Notes under the pieces: generated by a model
The model's database searches: none
Told to the model about the DNA's origin: nothing
What the model saw: only the letters and a program-made list of their open reading frames with translations
Translations under genes and position numbers: made by a program
Shown: in pieces, positions 28,323-38,978 of the stretch
Numbering within the stretch: position 1 is the stretch's first letter
Layout of the letters: each line of letters starts with the position of its first letter
Source of the DNA: Polyangiales bacterium
Lineage (GTDB): Bacteria; Myxococcota_A; Polyangia; Polyangiales; Polyangiaceae
Direction: 5' to 3'
NCBI GenBank assembly: GCA_038230375.1
Contig: JBBRNJ010000064.1
Coordinates: forward strand, 1-51,451
DNA length: 51,451 nucleotides

Positions 28323-29486
28323 ATGCTGTCAGGGGTAGCGAGGGGCGTCGCCGGCCTCGCGGGCCTCGCCGTGCTCTCCGTGCTCATCGCTGCGTGCGGG
28401 AGCAAGCACCACCCGCCGCTCGCGAACGACGCGCCCCCGATCAGCGGCGGCACCGGAGATCTCATCGGCAGCGACGCCGGATCCATGCCTGCGGCGTGCA
28501 ACACGCTGGTAGACGGCGGCTCTTGCGGATGCCAGGACGTCCCGCTCTTCGCCGATCCGCCAACCATGTACTTCGTGCTCGATCGCTCCGGCAGCATGGC
28601 GGAGTCGAACAAGTGGACGACCGTCCGCCTTGCCGTCGCAGACGTGCTGCGCGCGATCGGCCCGCGGGCGAACTTCGGCGCAGCGGTGTTCCCGGGCCCA
28701 TCCAACGTGGACCAGTGCGCGAGCGGCATCGAGGTGATGAGCGTACGGAGAGGTGACCCGCCGTCCACCTCCGGTCTGGACGGGCCCGTGACCACCGAGC
28801 TCCTTTCGTCGACCGCCGCAGCCGCGAGCGGCGGCACGCCCACGTCCGCGACGTTGACTGCGCTCATGCCAAAGCTCGCGCAGCTGAAGGGCAACCTCTT
28901 CGTCGTGCTCGCGACGGACGGCGGCCCCAACTGCAACCAGGCCGCGACCTGCACCATCGCGGGGTGCATGCCGAACATCGAAGGCGTTGCAGGTTGTGAC
29001 GCTACGACCAATTGCTGCGCGCCGCCGAAGGGGACCCCCTCGAACTGCCTGGATGATCAGGCGACGCTTGCAGCGGTGAACAAGCTCAAGGCCGCTGGCA
29101 TTCCTACCTATGTCATCGGCATCCCGGGGAGCGCGCCGTATGCGGCGCTTCTGGACTCGCTCGCCATCGCGGGCGGCACGGCCCAGACCACGGGCACGTC
29201 CAAGTACTACCGCGTGGACTCCACCGACCAGACCGCGCTGCTCACCGCGTTGAAGTCAGTCGCAGCGAAGGTGACGGCGACGTGCACGTTCAAGCTGCAA
29301 GGCAACGTGGACCCCACGCTCGTGAACCTCTTCTTCGACGAGGTGGTGGTCCCGCAAGACACCACCAACGGATGGACCATGACCGGGGGCACGATCACGC
29401 TGCAGGGCACGTCCTGTCAGAAGGTGCTGAACGGTGACGTGCTCGACGTCCGGATCATCGCCGGGTGCCCGACAGTTCTCAAGTAG
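28323..29486 (+). CDS. vWA-domain Cys-rich lipoprotein
   Basis: Lipobox IAAC; MIDAS motifs VLDRSGSM, GGTPT, LATDG. Confidence 0.88.
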   Translation: MLSGVARGVAGLAGLAVLSVLIAACGSKHHPPLANDAPPISGGTGDLIGSDAGSMPAACNTLVDGGSCGCQDVPLFADPPTMYFVLDRSGSMAESNKWTTVRLAVADVLRAIGPRANFGAAVFPGPSNVDQCASGIEVMSVRRGDPPSTSGLDGPVTTELLSSTAAAASGGTPTSATLTALMPKLAQLKGNLFVVLATDGGPNCNQAATCTIAGCMPNIEGVAGCDATTNCCAPPKGTPSNCLDDQATLAAVNKLKAAGIPTYVIGIPGSAPYAALLDSLAIAGGTAQTTGTSKYYRVDSTDQTALLTALKSVAAKVTATCTFKLQGNVDPTLVNLFFDEVVVPQDTTNGWTMTGGTITLQGTSCQKVLNGDVLDVRIIAGCPTVLK

Positions 29487-29525
29487 AGCGAGGGCAAGTA
29501 GGGCGACTGCGAGCAGGGCGCGCGC

Positions 29526-30704
29526 TCAATGAAGCGTGTGGGTGCGGCCTTCGTGCTGCACGACGGGGAGCGTCACCACGACATGAGTCGCCGTTGCTGC
29601 GATGCCTGCTTCGCTCTCCAGCACGGCCCGGCGCGCGGCGATGAGCGCGTCCTCGTAGGCCTCTTCCTTCGCCCAGCGGGCCATGACCTGCTTCTGGCGA
29701 CGGCGACGCCTGATGTAGCCCCACGACAGCGCGAACACGACGAGGACCCACAAGAACGAGCCCGTGAGCAGTCCGGGCCAGAACGAATAACGGCGCGAGA
29801 CGTCCTGCTTCCACTGGTACTCCAGCTTCCGCATGTCGGAGCCATATGCGTCCGCCACCGCGCCGTCGAAGCGCTGACCGTCGCGCACGCGCTGGACGAG
29901 GTGAAGGAAGCGGGGCGCGTCCTCGTCGCGCATCAGGTAGCGCACGAAGTCGCCGGACTCGGCGTATGCGACGGAAACGCCGTAGCCGTCCGCGGGAAAA
30001 CGATCGAGGTCGGAGAGGGGGATCAGCGTGCCCCACAGCGACGCCTGCGACAGGTCCGTTGCGCGCGTCATGCCGAGCTCGCCCGACTCGTGGATGGCGA
30101 CGCCCTCCTGGAACCAACGCGGGAGGTGCGCATCACCGACTGCGTCGGAGAGCGCGATGTGCGAGAGCTCGTGGCGGACGGTCTCTTCCAGGTTCACCGC
30201 CTCGAACGTACGAGGCGCAACGAGCGTCACGAGCACAAGACGGAGCGGCGAGTACGCCACGCCCGACGCATACTTCGGCGGCGGCGCGACCGCTGGCGCC
30301 AGCGTCGCCATCTCTTCCCACGAGCGCGCGATGCGAACCTCGACATTGGACAGCACCGGCTGACCGAAGCGCGCGGATAGGTGCTCCTTCACGAGCTCCG
30401 CACCTGCGATGACGGGCTCGATGCGCTCGCGCGATGCCGGCGGATACGAGATTCGCAGCCAGCCCAGGTTGCGCGTCTCCATCTCGGCGGGAACCGGCGG
30501 CACGACCACGTCGCTCATGACGCGGGGCGTATCCAGGGGAACGCTGGGCTCCTGCGCGTGTTCCTGCGCCGGCGCAGCGTTCAGCGCACCTGCCCCACCG
30601 GCTTGCGACGGCAATGGCTGCGCGCTCACGGTCGACGCGCCCATCAACATGCAGAACAGCATGAAGACGAGCGCGAGGAGCTGGCGCAGCGGACGGGACA
30701 TCAT
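29526..30704 (-). CDS. Peptidase MA-family zinc metallohydrolase with a C-terminal TM
   Basis: HELSH, PRWFQEG.A, AY.ES. Confidence 0.85.
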   Translation of the reverse strand: MMSRPLRQLLALVFMLFCMLMGASTVSAQPLPSQAGGAGALNAAPAQEHAQEPSVPLDTPRVMSDVVVPPVPAEMETRNLGWLRISYPPASRERIEPVIAGAELVKEHLSARFGQPVLSNVEVRIARSWEEMATLAPAVAPPPKYASGVAYSPLRLVLVTLVAPRTFEAVNLEETVRHELSHIALSDAVGDAHLPRWFQEGVAIHESGELGMTRATDLSQASLWGTLIPLSDLDRFPADGYGVSVAYAESGDFVRYLMRDEDAPRFLHLVQRVRDGQRFDGAVADAYGSDMRKLEYQWKQDVSRRYSFWPGLLTGSFLWVLVVFALSWGYIRRRRRQKQVMARWAKEEAYEDALIAARRAVLESEAGIAATATHVVVTLPVVQHEGRTHTLH

Positions 30705-31573
30705 CGCGGAACCTTCACCTGGACGTGCATGGGGCCGGTACCATCTCCATTGTCGCGCGTTGCGAGGAAGATCGCACCTCCGGCGAAGACCGCGGCGCCG
30801 AGCGCACCCCAGAACCACACCGACTTGTAGAACGGCTTGCTGCCATCCGCAGGCGGAGGCTCACCGTTCGCAGGTGGGTTGGCGGATGCGTTGGTAGGTC
30901 CGACGGGCACCTCGGTGGGTATTTGCGCGCCGACGGGCTGCGTGTCTGCGCGAGAATCCGCGCGAAGCGTGCGCTCCAGTGAGGCGGCGGTGGGCTCCCA
31001 GGAGCCATTGTCTTCTGCGTAGCGCGCTGCATCGAACGCACCATTGGATGCGAGGAACACGCGTGCGGTTGCGGTCCCGGCTGATGCGTCCTTCTGGACC
31101 ACCACGATCGCTTCCACGCCGAGCTGCGCGGCAAGTGACGCAAGGAGTCGTCGCGAGGGCGCGTCTTCGCCGTGGATCGCGGCACGGGTCTCCGCCAGAT
31201 CCTGAACGTCGCGGGCGGCGCCAGAGGCAGGCGCGTCTCCGACGAGCGCGCGCGCATGTACCTCGTCAAGGGAGGTGGGTCGCAGCGGACCACGGTACAC
31301 GCGTGCAGCAAGGCGCCATGCGGAGTCCGTGGCGCCATCGAGCGCGAGCACCGCGACACCATGGCCACGCGCCACGCTCGATGGACCCGACGCTGATGGG
31401 GGCGTGCTGGGCGCGGCCGCTGGAACGGCCGGCGACGCAGCGGCTGCAGAGGCGGTGGGGACGGACCACGTGGATATCGGGCCCTGCGGCGCGTCCGCGG
31501 CGAGCGCGCCGCTCTGGACCGCGAGCGACGCCGCGAAGCCCGAGACCCAGATGACGCGACGAAGGATGTGCAT
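30701..31573 (-). CDS. Secreted/membrane-anchored hypothetical protein
   Basis: Signal peptide; C-terminal PFYKSVWFWGALGAAV anchor. Confidence 0.65.
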   Translation of the reverse strand: MHILRRVIWVSGFAASLAVQSGALAADAPQGPISTWSVPTASAAAASPAVPAAAPSTPPSASGPSSVARGHGVAVLALDGATDSAWRLAARVYRGPLRPTSLDEVHARALVGDAPASGAARDVQDLAETRAAIHGEDAPSRRLLASLAAQLGVEAIVVVQKDASAGTATARVFLASNGAFDAARYAEDNGSWEPTAASLERTLRADSRADTQPVGAQIPTEVPVGPTNASANPPANGEPPPADGSKPFYKSVWFWGALGAAVFAGGAIFLATRDNGDGTGPMHVQVKVPR

Positions 31574-31617
31574 GGTGAAGCGTGAGGACTCCGAATCTAA
31601 GGATGCTGCAGACGCCG

Positions 31618-32394
31618 TCAACGTCCGATCAGAAAGAGCGCCGGCTTGGAATAAAGCGGCACGAAGGCGTCCACGGCAGAGACAAGGACGTCTCCAGGTG
31701 ACCTGAGTAGCCACGCGCCCGCGATGAACAACCCGAGCGCGAGGGGCCCCCCGATGTACCCGACCTTCGGATCGCTCACGCGTGAGGCACGGGCGGCCAG
31801 ACCCACTCCAACGACGAATGCAGCGGCGTCGATGAGCGTGAGGCGCGCCGCATCGCCGACGGCGCGCGCAAGGAACGCAAGGACCGCGACCGCCGCGACG
31901 GCGGCGACGATCACGCCGATGCGTACGACCTGCTCGCCCAGGCGTGCGAAGAGCCACGCAAGGCGCGCAGAGAGAAACCCCGCACCCACGGCGACCACGA
32001 CGGCAAGCACCGCGAACGTTGCGCCGGCGAGCGCGTGGTGGTGCGTCGACTGGCGCAGGAACTTGCCGACCACGAAGACTGAAAGCTCCATGAACGTGAT
32101 CCAGAGAAACACGGCCGTCCAGAGCGTGCGCGCGGCCCTGGGCTCGAACGCGAGCAGCATCGACGTGGCGCGCGGCAACGCAAGGAGCAGCACGAACGCG
32201 GGAAGAAAGGCAGCCGCGGCGAGCGCGAGCCACGCGACCGGCCACGACACGCCCGCTGGCGTCAAGCGCACCGCTGCGTGCCCCGTGCATGCGAGCGATG
32301 ACAGCGCAGCACCGCCCAACGCGACGCCGATCTGCGCCACCACGGAGAGCGACGCGGACTCCGTCTCGGGCGCTTCGTTGTCGGCAGGCGTCAT
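31618..32394 (-). CDS. Polytopic membrane protein
   Basis: Seven or more hydrophobic segments; start overlaps the upstream GNAT stop. Confidence 0.65.
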   Translation of the reverse strand: MTPADNEAPETESASLSVVAQIGVALGGAALSSLACTGHAAVRLTPAGVSWPVAWLALAAAAFLPAFVLLLALPRATSMLLAFEPRAARTLWTAVFLWITFMELSVFVVGKFLRQSTHHHALAGATFAVLAVVVAVGAGFLSARLAWLFARLGEQVVRIGVIVAAVAAVAVLAFLARAVGDAARLTLIDAAAFVVGVGLAARASRVSDPKVGYIGGPLALGLFIAGAWLLRSPGDVLVSAVDAFVPLYSKPALFLIGR

Positions 32395-33620
32395 CAGAAA
32401 CCGTCGTAGGACAGAAATGCCGGCGTGGCGAGAAGTCCGTCCGCGCGCCGTAGCACGTCCACGGAGCACCGATCGCCGAGCCGCGCATGCCCGACGCGCA
32501 CCGCATCACGAAGGCGAACGCCGCCCGCGAGCACGGACGCCGCGTGGGATGAGAGCACGACCTCCGCGAGCGCCGGATCTGCTGGGGTCACTTCCGCCAT
32601 TCCGCCGCTCACGACGATACGCGCGCACTCGTGGTCAGCGCCAGTGGTGGCGACGACAAGCTCGCCATCCTGATCGTAACCGCGCGCGGCGAGCAAAGCA
32701 TGGAGTGACCCCACGCGCACGAGCGGCCCTCCACACACGCGTCCGAGCGCGTGCTCGACCGTGGCCTCACCAAAGCGATCGGCATCGGGATCCGTGAGCG
32801 CATGCACCAGCGGATCGTCCCACGCGAGCGATATCTCGATGGATGCGACCTGGTCCTTCTGCGCGCGTAAATGTGCGAGGAGCGCGAGGCGCGCGCGCTC
32901 GTCTGTCGCGTGGAGCTCCTCCACGTGGAGCGCGACCCTCGCGTGCGACTCGGTCTGCACGAAGCGGTAAGCGACCGCGCCGAGCGCGGCACCCGCGTCG
33001 TCGAGCGCGAGCACGAACGCGAGGCGCTCATCGGACAGGAGCTCGTCCCAGCGCGCGGTTGGACGCGCAACAAAGCCCGTGGAGCGTTCGCAGGCACGCT
33101 CGTAGACCGCGCACAGCGCCTCACGATCACCCGCGCCGGCATGACGAATGTGGAGGCTCGAACCAAACGACGCCGGAATGGAGGACGGCACGAGCGAAAG
33201 GCGCTGGAACGGGGTGACCGCCGAGTACCCCGCGCGCTCGTAGAAGCCCTGGCGGAACGCATACAACATGGTGAGGGGCATGCCCTCGCGCGAGGCCTCT
33301 TCGTGAAGCGCGGTCACGAGGGACGTCGCGACACCACGGCCACGGTACGCAGGCTCCACGCCCACGGTCGCGATCCCGCCCGTACGCACGGCGCGACCAC
33401 CGATGAAGACAGCCAGATCGAGCAGGAATGCGTGACCTACGATGCGGTTCTTCTGCTCGGGATCGTACGCGACGCGCAGGCGCCGCAGGCCGCCGAGAGG
33501 CTTGCTGCGGAAGTTGCGGATGCGCGCGTCATGGCCTCTCGCGTCGGGAAACGCGAAAGCGTGGATCTCCACGAGCCTCTCCAGGTCGTGCTCTGTGGCC
33601 TCTCGGATGCGTACGGGCAT
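32394..33620 (-). CDS. Eis-like GNAT acetyltransferase
   Basis: GGIATVGVEPAYRGRGVAT, LYAFRQGFYERAGY; ~408 aa ending YDGF. Confidence 0.88.
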   Translation of the reverse strand: MPVRIREATEHDLERLVEIHAFAFPDARGHDARIRNFRSKPLGGLRRLRVAYDPEQKNRIVGHAFLLDLAVFIGGRAVRTGGIATVGVEPAYRGRGVATSLVTALHEEASREGMPLTMLYAFRQGFYERAGYSAVTPFQRLSLVPSSIPASFGSSLHIRHAGAGDREALCAVYERACERSTGFVARPTARWDELLSDERLAFVLALDDAGAALGAVAYRFVQTESHARVALHVEELHATDERARLALLAHLRAQKDQVASIEISLAWDDPLVHALTDPDADRFGEATVEHALGRVCGGPLVRVGSLHALLAARGYDQDGELVVATTGADHECARIVVSGGMAEVTPADPALAEVVLSSHAASVLAGGVRLRDAVRVGHARLGDRCSVDVLRRADGLLATPAFLSYDGF

Positions 33621-33683
33621 GGGCTGAGTTTCGCAGCAAATTGGGCCCGGCTGACACCATTCTGATACCGCCCAAGTAGGACC

Positions 33684-36593
33684 ATGCAGACCCACGAAAA
33701 CAAAAGTGAGCTTCGGTATCGCCTGGGTGGCGCGCGCGCGGACTTCGTTGCCTCCCTGGGGCGGAAGATCGCGGACGCGCGAACGGTGCTCCTCTCGCTG
33801 GGGGTGGCGCGTGGAAGCGCACACCTGCGGTCCGAGCTGATGCGCCGACTGGCCGCCATGGCCCAGGGCGCGAACATCCTCCGCTTCCCTGCGATGGAGC
33901 AGGGGCTGGCAGAGGCGCTCGCGCTCCTCCATCGGGTGTCGCACGAAGGCGAGCTCACCACCGAGGACATCGAGACCATCGGGCGCATGCTCGAGGATCT
34001 TCCGGCGCTGGCGTGGGGCGAGTCGCCGCGTCGTAGCGGCCAGAACGAGACGAAGGAGCCGCCGCCCGTCGCCGCGCAGGAGACCGAAGCGCACTCCGTG
34101 CTGATCGTCGGCGCCCCGTCGATCGCCGACGCGCTCACCTACCGCGATCCGGACGGGCTCACGTTCGCGTGCGAGAACGTCGAGGACGCGCAGGCCGCTG
34201 TCGATGTGGCGCGCGCACTGGCGCCGGATGTCATCGTGCTCGACGCAGACGTGAAGGACGCCTCCGAGCTGGCGATGGCTCTGATGGACGACCCGATGAC
34301 GGATGCCGTCCCGATCGTCGTGATCGGCAGCTTCCTCGATCAGGGGTCGCGCGAGAGCTACGTCGCGATGGGCGTCTCCAAGGTGCTCAGCAAGCCGCTA
34401 CCGCACGAGCGCCTTCGCCGCGCCTGCGAGGAGAGCGTGTTCACGAAGGAAGGCCGCACGATGCGCGTCGTCCTGGGAGAGCCCACCGTGCAGCAGCTCG
34501 GCGATCGACTCGCGGACGAGGTCCGTCAGGCGCTTGTTTCTGCGGTGGAAGAGTCGCTCCGTGGCCAGCGCGTCCCGCTCGGCGAGGGCACCGAGGTGCT
34601 CGGCGCGATCTGGGGCGCCATCGCGCGCGTTCGCGAGGTCGTCACCGCACGCACCAGCGGCGTCGTGCGCTTCAACTCGCAGGGCCCCGAAGGCGCGATC
34701 GCGCTCGCTCCGTCGCTCGATACCGACGGCGGCCTGGGGCTCCGTGGGGCCGGCCACCTGCGCGGCGCCTCTGCCGCCGACGTTCGCCTCACGGGGCGCA
34801 CCATCCTCGTGTGTGACGACGATCCCGGCGTGGTGTGGTTCATCGCGGACCTCCTGAAGGCCGCCGGCTGCACCGTGATCGAAGCGCACGACGGCGAACA
34901 GGCCCTCGAGCTCGCGTGGAAGCACGTGCCCGATGTCGTCGTCAGCGACATCCTCATGCCGAAGCTCGACGGCTTTGCGCTCACGCGACGGCTCAAGCGC
35001 GACGTCGTCCTGCGCGACGTGCCCGTCGTCCTTCTCTCGTGGAAGGAAGACCTCTTGCAGCGTGTGCGCGAGCTCGGCGCTGGCGCCTCCGCCTACCTCC
35101 GCAAGGAGAGCGACGCCCGTGCGATGGTCTCGCGCATTCGCGAGTCGCTCCGCCCGAAGACCCGCGTGGAGTCTCGCCTCCGCTCCGACGGCGAGATCCG
35201 TGGGCGCCTCGACGGCATCACCGTCCGCTCGCTCCTCGACACCGTGTGCCGCACGCGTGACAACGCGCGGGTGAGCATCCGCGACGCATCGTTCCTCTAC
35301 GAGGTCGAGATTCGTGACGGTGCGCCCGCCCGCGCAACGCGCACCGCGGGAGACGGCAGCTTCATGAACGGGCCGAAGGTGCTCGCGAGCATGATCGGCG
35401 TGTCCGCCGCGCGCTTCGTCGTCGCGCCGAGCACCGCAGCCATCACGGCGGAGCTTGTCGGTGAGCTGTCGCATCAGCTCGCGCGACCCATCGCCATCGC
35501 GCGCGCCGCGCAGTCGCTGACCTCCGGTCAGGAGCTCCTGCGTACGGTTGTCATTGGCTTCGACGAAGAGGCACTCGAGGACTACAAGAAGGCCACGCCC
35601 GAGCGCGAGAAGCGCATCCTTGCCGCACTGGCCGCAGGTGCGTCGCCGCGCGATCTGCTCGACAATGGTACAGCCGACATCGGCGGCCTCTCGGACCTGC
35701 TGCTCGATCTTGGTGCACGCGGCGTGATCATCCGCGTCGAGCAGCCGAAGGGCGTTGACGTCCTCGGCCCCGCCGTTGAAGCAGCGCTCCGCCTGGTGGA
35801 CTCCAGGTCGCGTGGACTCATCGGCTCCACGCCGTCGCCGCTGCGCACGAACCACGTGGTCGCGGCGCTCCGTGCGCGCGCGGCAAGTGCGCCCGCGGTG
35901 GTCGTCACCGAGCTCGGGGAGGCCACGAACAACAGGACCGAGGAGGCTCACGAAGAGCAGCACGAGAGCATTCGCGCCGAGTCCGACGCGGCCGCGATCG
36001 CCATGAGCGCTCCCTCGCCCGAGCCCATGGGCATCCGCGAGCCCGAGCCCACGGATGTCGAGCAGACCTTCTTCGAGGAGGGGGATGCTCCGGCGCCGCG
36101 CGGCTATGAGTCGGTCTCCGTGTCGATCCGGATGGAGCCGTCGACCGTGCTCCGCCAGGACACGCCGCTCGAGAGCGTGAACGTGAAGGACGCTGTCAGC
36201 GAGCGCAACGATCCCAAGCGCTGGCCGCTTTTCTTCGGGATGACAGCCGCCATCGGCGTCGCCGCCATCGCGTTCTTCTTCGGTCGCGGACCCATTCCGG
36301 CCATGCAGAGCAACGGCGCGGAGGCGCCCCAGGCAGAGGCCGCTGGCGACGTGACCTATGTCGACATGCCGGCAGGCGCGCGCGTGGAGCCCGGCCTGGG
36401 CGTCCTCGAGGTGATTCACGAGGGCAAGGATCCCGTGCGCGTGGACGGTCTGGACCGCGGCGCCGCGGCGAACCTGAGCCTCCCGCTCTGGGCAGGCAAC
36501 CATGACGTGCGCGTAGGCGCGACGGAGGACGAGCACTCGAAGGTCATCGAGGTCCGCCCTGGCAAGATCGCGCGCGTGAAGCTCGCTCCCTGA
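33684..36593 (+). CDS. Multi-domain response regulator (Hpt-like, two REC, DUF4388-like, TM, C-terminal periplasmic domain)
   Basis: PDVIVLD; ILVCDDD...PDVVVSDILMPKLDGF; GRLDGI.VRSLL; late TM segment. Confidence 0.8.
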   Translation: MQTHENKSELRYRLGGARADFVASLGRKIADARTVLLSLGVARGSAHLRSELMRRLAAMAQGANILRFPAMEQGLAEALALLHRVSHEGELTTEDIETIGRMLEDLPALAWGESPRRSGQNETKEPPPVAAQETEAHSVLIVGAPSIADALTYRDPDGLTFACENVEDAQAAVDVARALAPDVIVLDADVKDASELAMALMDDPMTDAVPIVVIGSFLDQGSRESYVAMGVSKVLSKPLPHERLRRACEESVFTKEGRTMRVVLGEPTVQQLGDRLADEVRQALVSAVEESLRGQRVPLGEGTEVLGAIWGAIARVREVVTARTSGVVRFNSQGPEGAIALAPSLDTDGGLGLRGAGHLRGASAADVRLTGRTILVCDDDPGVVWFIADLLKAAGCTVIEAHDGEQALELAWKHVPDVVVSDILMPKLDGFALTRRLKRDVVLRDVPVVLLSWKEDLLQRVRELGAGASAYLRKESDARAMVSRIRESLRPKTRVESRLRSDGEIRGRLDGITVRSLLDTVCRTRDNARVSIRDASFLYEVEIRDGAPARATRTAGDGSFMNGPKVLASMIGVSAARFVVAPSTAAITAELVGELSHQLARPIAIARAAQSLTSGQELLRTVVIGFDEEALEDYKKATPEREKRILAALAAGASPRDLLDNGTADIGGLSDLLLDLGARGVIIRVEQPKGVDVLGPAVEAALRLVDSRSRGLIGSTPSPLRTNHVVAALRARAASAPAVVVTELGEATNNRTEEAHEEQHESIRAESDAAAIAMSAPSPEPMGIREPEPTDVEQTFFEEGDAPAPRGYESVSVSIRMEPSTVLRQDTPLESVNVKDAVSERNDPKRWPLFFGMTAAIGVAAIAFFFGRGPIPAMQSNGAEAPQAEAAGDVTYVDMPAGARVEPGLGVLEVIHEGKDPVRVDGLDRGAAANLSLPLWAGNHDVRVGATEDEHSKVIEVRPGKIARVKLAP

Positions 36594-36660
36594 CGCGGGC
36601 TCACCACCCGCGCAAGCGCCGAGCTTGACCGACGCATGAGAGCGCGGTAGCCGCCATCCC

Positions 36661-38928
36661 GTGCGAAGGCTCATCATCGCGGCTGCGGCGCTCGCGGCAT
36701 CGTCCACGGTGGCGATGCTCGGCTGCGGCAGCAAGAAGACCACCTCGCCTCCCGAGACGAAGGACGCAGTCCTGCCCGCAACAACCGCACCAAAGGGCGT
36801 TGCGCCCGACGGCGTGACGCTCGACATGACGCGCGACCTCTCGCGATGCACGCTCGGTCACGACGGCATCCTGCTCGACTTCGGCGATCCAAGCCTGGCT
36901 GACGCATTCGGGCTCGGCAAGGACGGCACGCGCGAGGTGGTTGAGCACGAGGGCGCGACGTGGCTGCGCGCCCACGAGAAGAGGCTCCCGATGTCCTATC
37001 TGTCTCCCGTCGCCGTGAGTGGTGATGGGCTCACGGTGGTGGCGCGCGCGAAGTCGGGGTCGGCGCGGACGCTCACGGTCTCGGTCAACGGCAAGGGCAG
37101 CGCGACGCTCACGCTCGACAAGACCAAGGCCGCCGTCGTCAGCGCGAAGCTCGTGGGCGCGACCGTGGACCAGGGTCCGAATGACATCATGCTGTCGTTC
37201 GGGGGCGTTTCGAAGAACTCCGCCGACTACCTCGCCGACATCGACTGGATTCACATCGGACCGGTCGGGGACGACGCTGGCTACTCGGCGCCGACGCGCG
37301 CGGATGCTCTCACGAACAGCACGGTGAGCGGTGAGGCGAAGCCCGCGCTCGCCCTGCGCGGGCCTGGCTTCGCGTCGTGCACCACCTTCATTCCGAAGGG
37401 CGCGCTCTTCACCGCTTCGCTCTCCGTCACCAAGGGAGGTGACGCGGACGTGGAGCTCCAGGTCGCGCGCGATCGCGCTCCGACGCAGACACTCGCGACG
37501 TGGCATCTGGTCGCGGAGGACGCGGCGACGTGGAAGCCAATCAGCGTGGAGGTGCCCGGGGGCGACGCGATTGGTCAGGTCTCACTCGTGGTGACCCGCG
37601 CAGCGAAGGGCGCGCGCGCGCTGCTGGCCGAGCCAAAGCTCCGGCGGCCGCTGCCAAAGGTCACCAAGCAGGTGGCGCGCTCCAAGGTGAACGGCGTGGT
37701 GCTCATCGTGATGGGGGAGCTGTCGCCACGCGCGGTGCCTGGCTATGGCGGACGGATTGCACTCCCCACCCTCTCCGCGATCGCGAAGCGCGCGTTCGTG
37801 TTCGACGATCACAGGAGCTCGACGACGCTCGCATCCGGCGCGCTCGCATCCATGCTCACGGGGGTCACACCGCGCATGCACGGCGTGATCGATCAGAGCG
37901 CGCGTCTTCCCGCGTCCGTCACCACCATTGCGGACGCAGCCAGACAGGCGGGCGTTGACACCGCCTACTTCACGGCGAACCCGCTCACCGGAAAGGCGTT
38001 CGGCTTCGACCGCGGCTTCGGCACGTTCGAGTCGCACCCACCGCAGGAGGACGTCCCTCCCACGAAGGTCTTCGAGGACGCAGCGAAGTTCATCGAGGCG
38101 CGCAAGGACGGGCGCTTCCTGGTGGTCATCCACGCGCGCGGCGCGCACCCGCCATGGGAGGCGTCCGCGGACGACGTGAAGGACATGGCGCCCACTGGAT
38201 ACGGCGGTGGCCTGGAGCCCCGACACGCAGCGGAGCTGATGAGCCGCGCGCGGCGCGTACCACCCATGCTGCGCTTCCAGGACGCGGATCGCGAACGTGC
38301 GTGGGCGCTCGCGGACCTTGCGCTCACGCGACAGGACAAGGCGCTCGGTCAGCTGCTCGAGAGCCTGCGCGCAAGTGGGCGCGACGCCAGCACGCTGCTG
38401 ATGGTGACCGCGGATCTGGCAGCGGACGAGACCGCACACGTCCCGTTCGGTGACCCCGACACGCTCGACGAGCAGCTGCTCCACGTGCCGCTCTACGTCG
38501 CGCCACCGGGCATGTCGGACGGTGCGCACGTGGTCACGCCGACCAGCGCGGCAGACGTCGCCGTGACGGCGCTCTCCGGGCTCGGGTTGGTTGCGCCTGC
38601 AAGCTTCCGCGGGCGTGACCTCTGGGCGCTCGCGAGCACGCAGGAGTCCGATGACGGTCGTGGAAGGCTGGCGCTCCACGGCACGCGCTTCTCCGGACGG
38701 ATGGGGCCTTTCGTGCTCTCGGGCGTCTCGGCGCATGAAGGACGGCTCTGCTCGTTGGAGCTGGAGCCTGCGTGCACCACGGACGTGCGGGCGACCCATC
38801 CGATCGCCGCTCACGCCCTGCACGCCTTCCTCTTCGAGTCGCTGAACCCGGTGGAGAAGGCGCCCGCGCGCGAGCCGGCGACGATCGACGCGGACACGCA
38901 GGCAGCGCTGCGCTTGTGGGGATTGTGA
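36661..38928 (+). CDS. Sulfatase-like (alkaline phosphatase superfamily) lipoprotein, catalytic motif degenerate
   Basis: Lipobox MLGC; ASMLTG, FGFDRGF, HPPW, LHVPL, C-terminal ALRLWG. Confidence 0.75.
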   Translation: MRRLIIAAAALAASSTVAMLGCGSKKTTSPPETKDAVLPATTAPKGVAPDGVTLDMTRDLSRCTLGHDGILLDFGDPSLADAFGLGKDGTREVVEHEGATWLRAHEKRLPMSYLSPVAVSGDGLTVVARAKSGSARTLTVSVNGKGSATLTLDKTKAAVVSAKLVGATVDQGPNDIMLSFGGVSKNSADYLADIDWIHIGPVGDDAGYSAPTRADALTNSTVSGEAKPALALRGPGFASCTTFIPKGALFTASLSVTKGGDADVELQVARDRAPTQTLATWHLVAEDAATWKPISVEVPGGDAIGQVSLVVTRAAKGARALLAEPKLRRPLPKVTKQVARSKVNGVVLIVMGELSPRAVPGYGGRIALPTLSAIAKRAFVFDDHRSSTTLASGALASMLTGVTPRMHGVIDQSARLPASVTTIADAARQAGVDTAYFTANPLTGKAFGFDRGFGTFESHPPQEDVPPTKVFEDAAKFIEARKDGRFLVVIHARGAHPPWEASADDVKDMAPTGYGGGLEPRHAAELMSRARRVPPMLRFQDADRERAWALADLALTRQDKALGQLLESLRASGRDASTLLMVTADLAADETAHVPFGDPDTLDEQLLHVPLYVAPPGMSDGAHVVTPTSAADVAVTALSGLGLVAPASFRGRDLWALASTQESDDGRGRLALHGTRFSGRMGPFVLSGVSAHEGRLCSLELEPACTTDVRATHPIAAHALHAFLFESLNPVEKAPAREPATIDADTQAALRLWGL

Positions 38929-38978
38929 GCGGGCTCCCCTTTTCGTTTCGCCCGTGCTAAGCGGCTTCCCGCAGCACC

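Noticed and set aside
34398..36851. Long antisense ORFs (also 2784-4442, 9616-11376, 37582-39120)
   Set aside because: Shadow frames expected in high-GC DNA opposite well-supported genes
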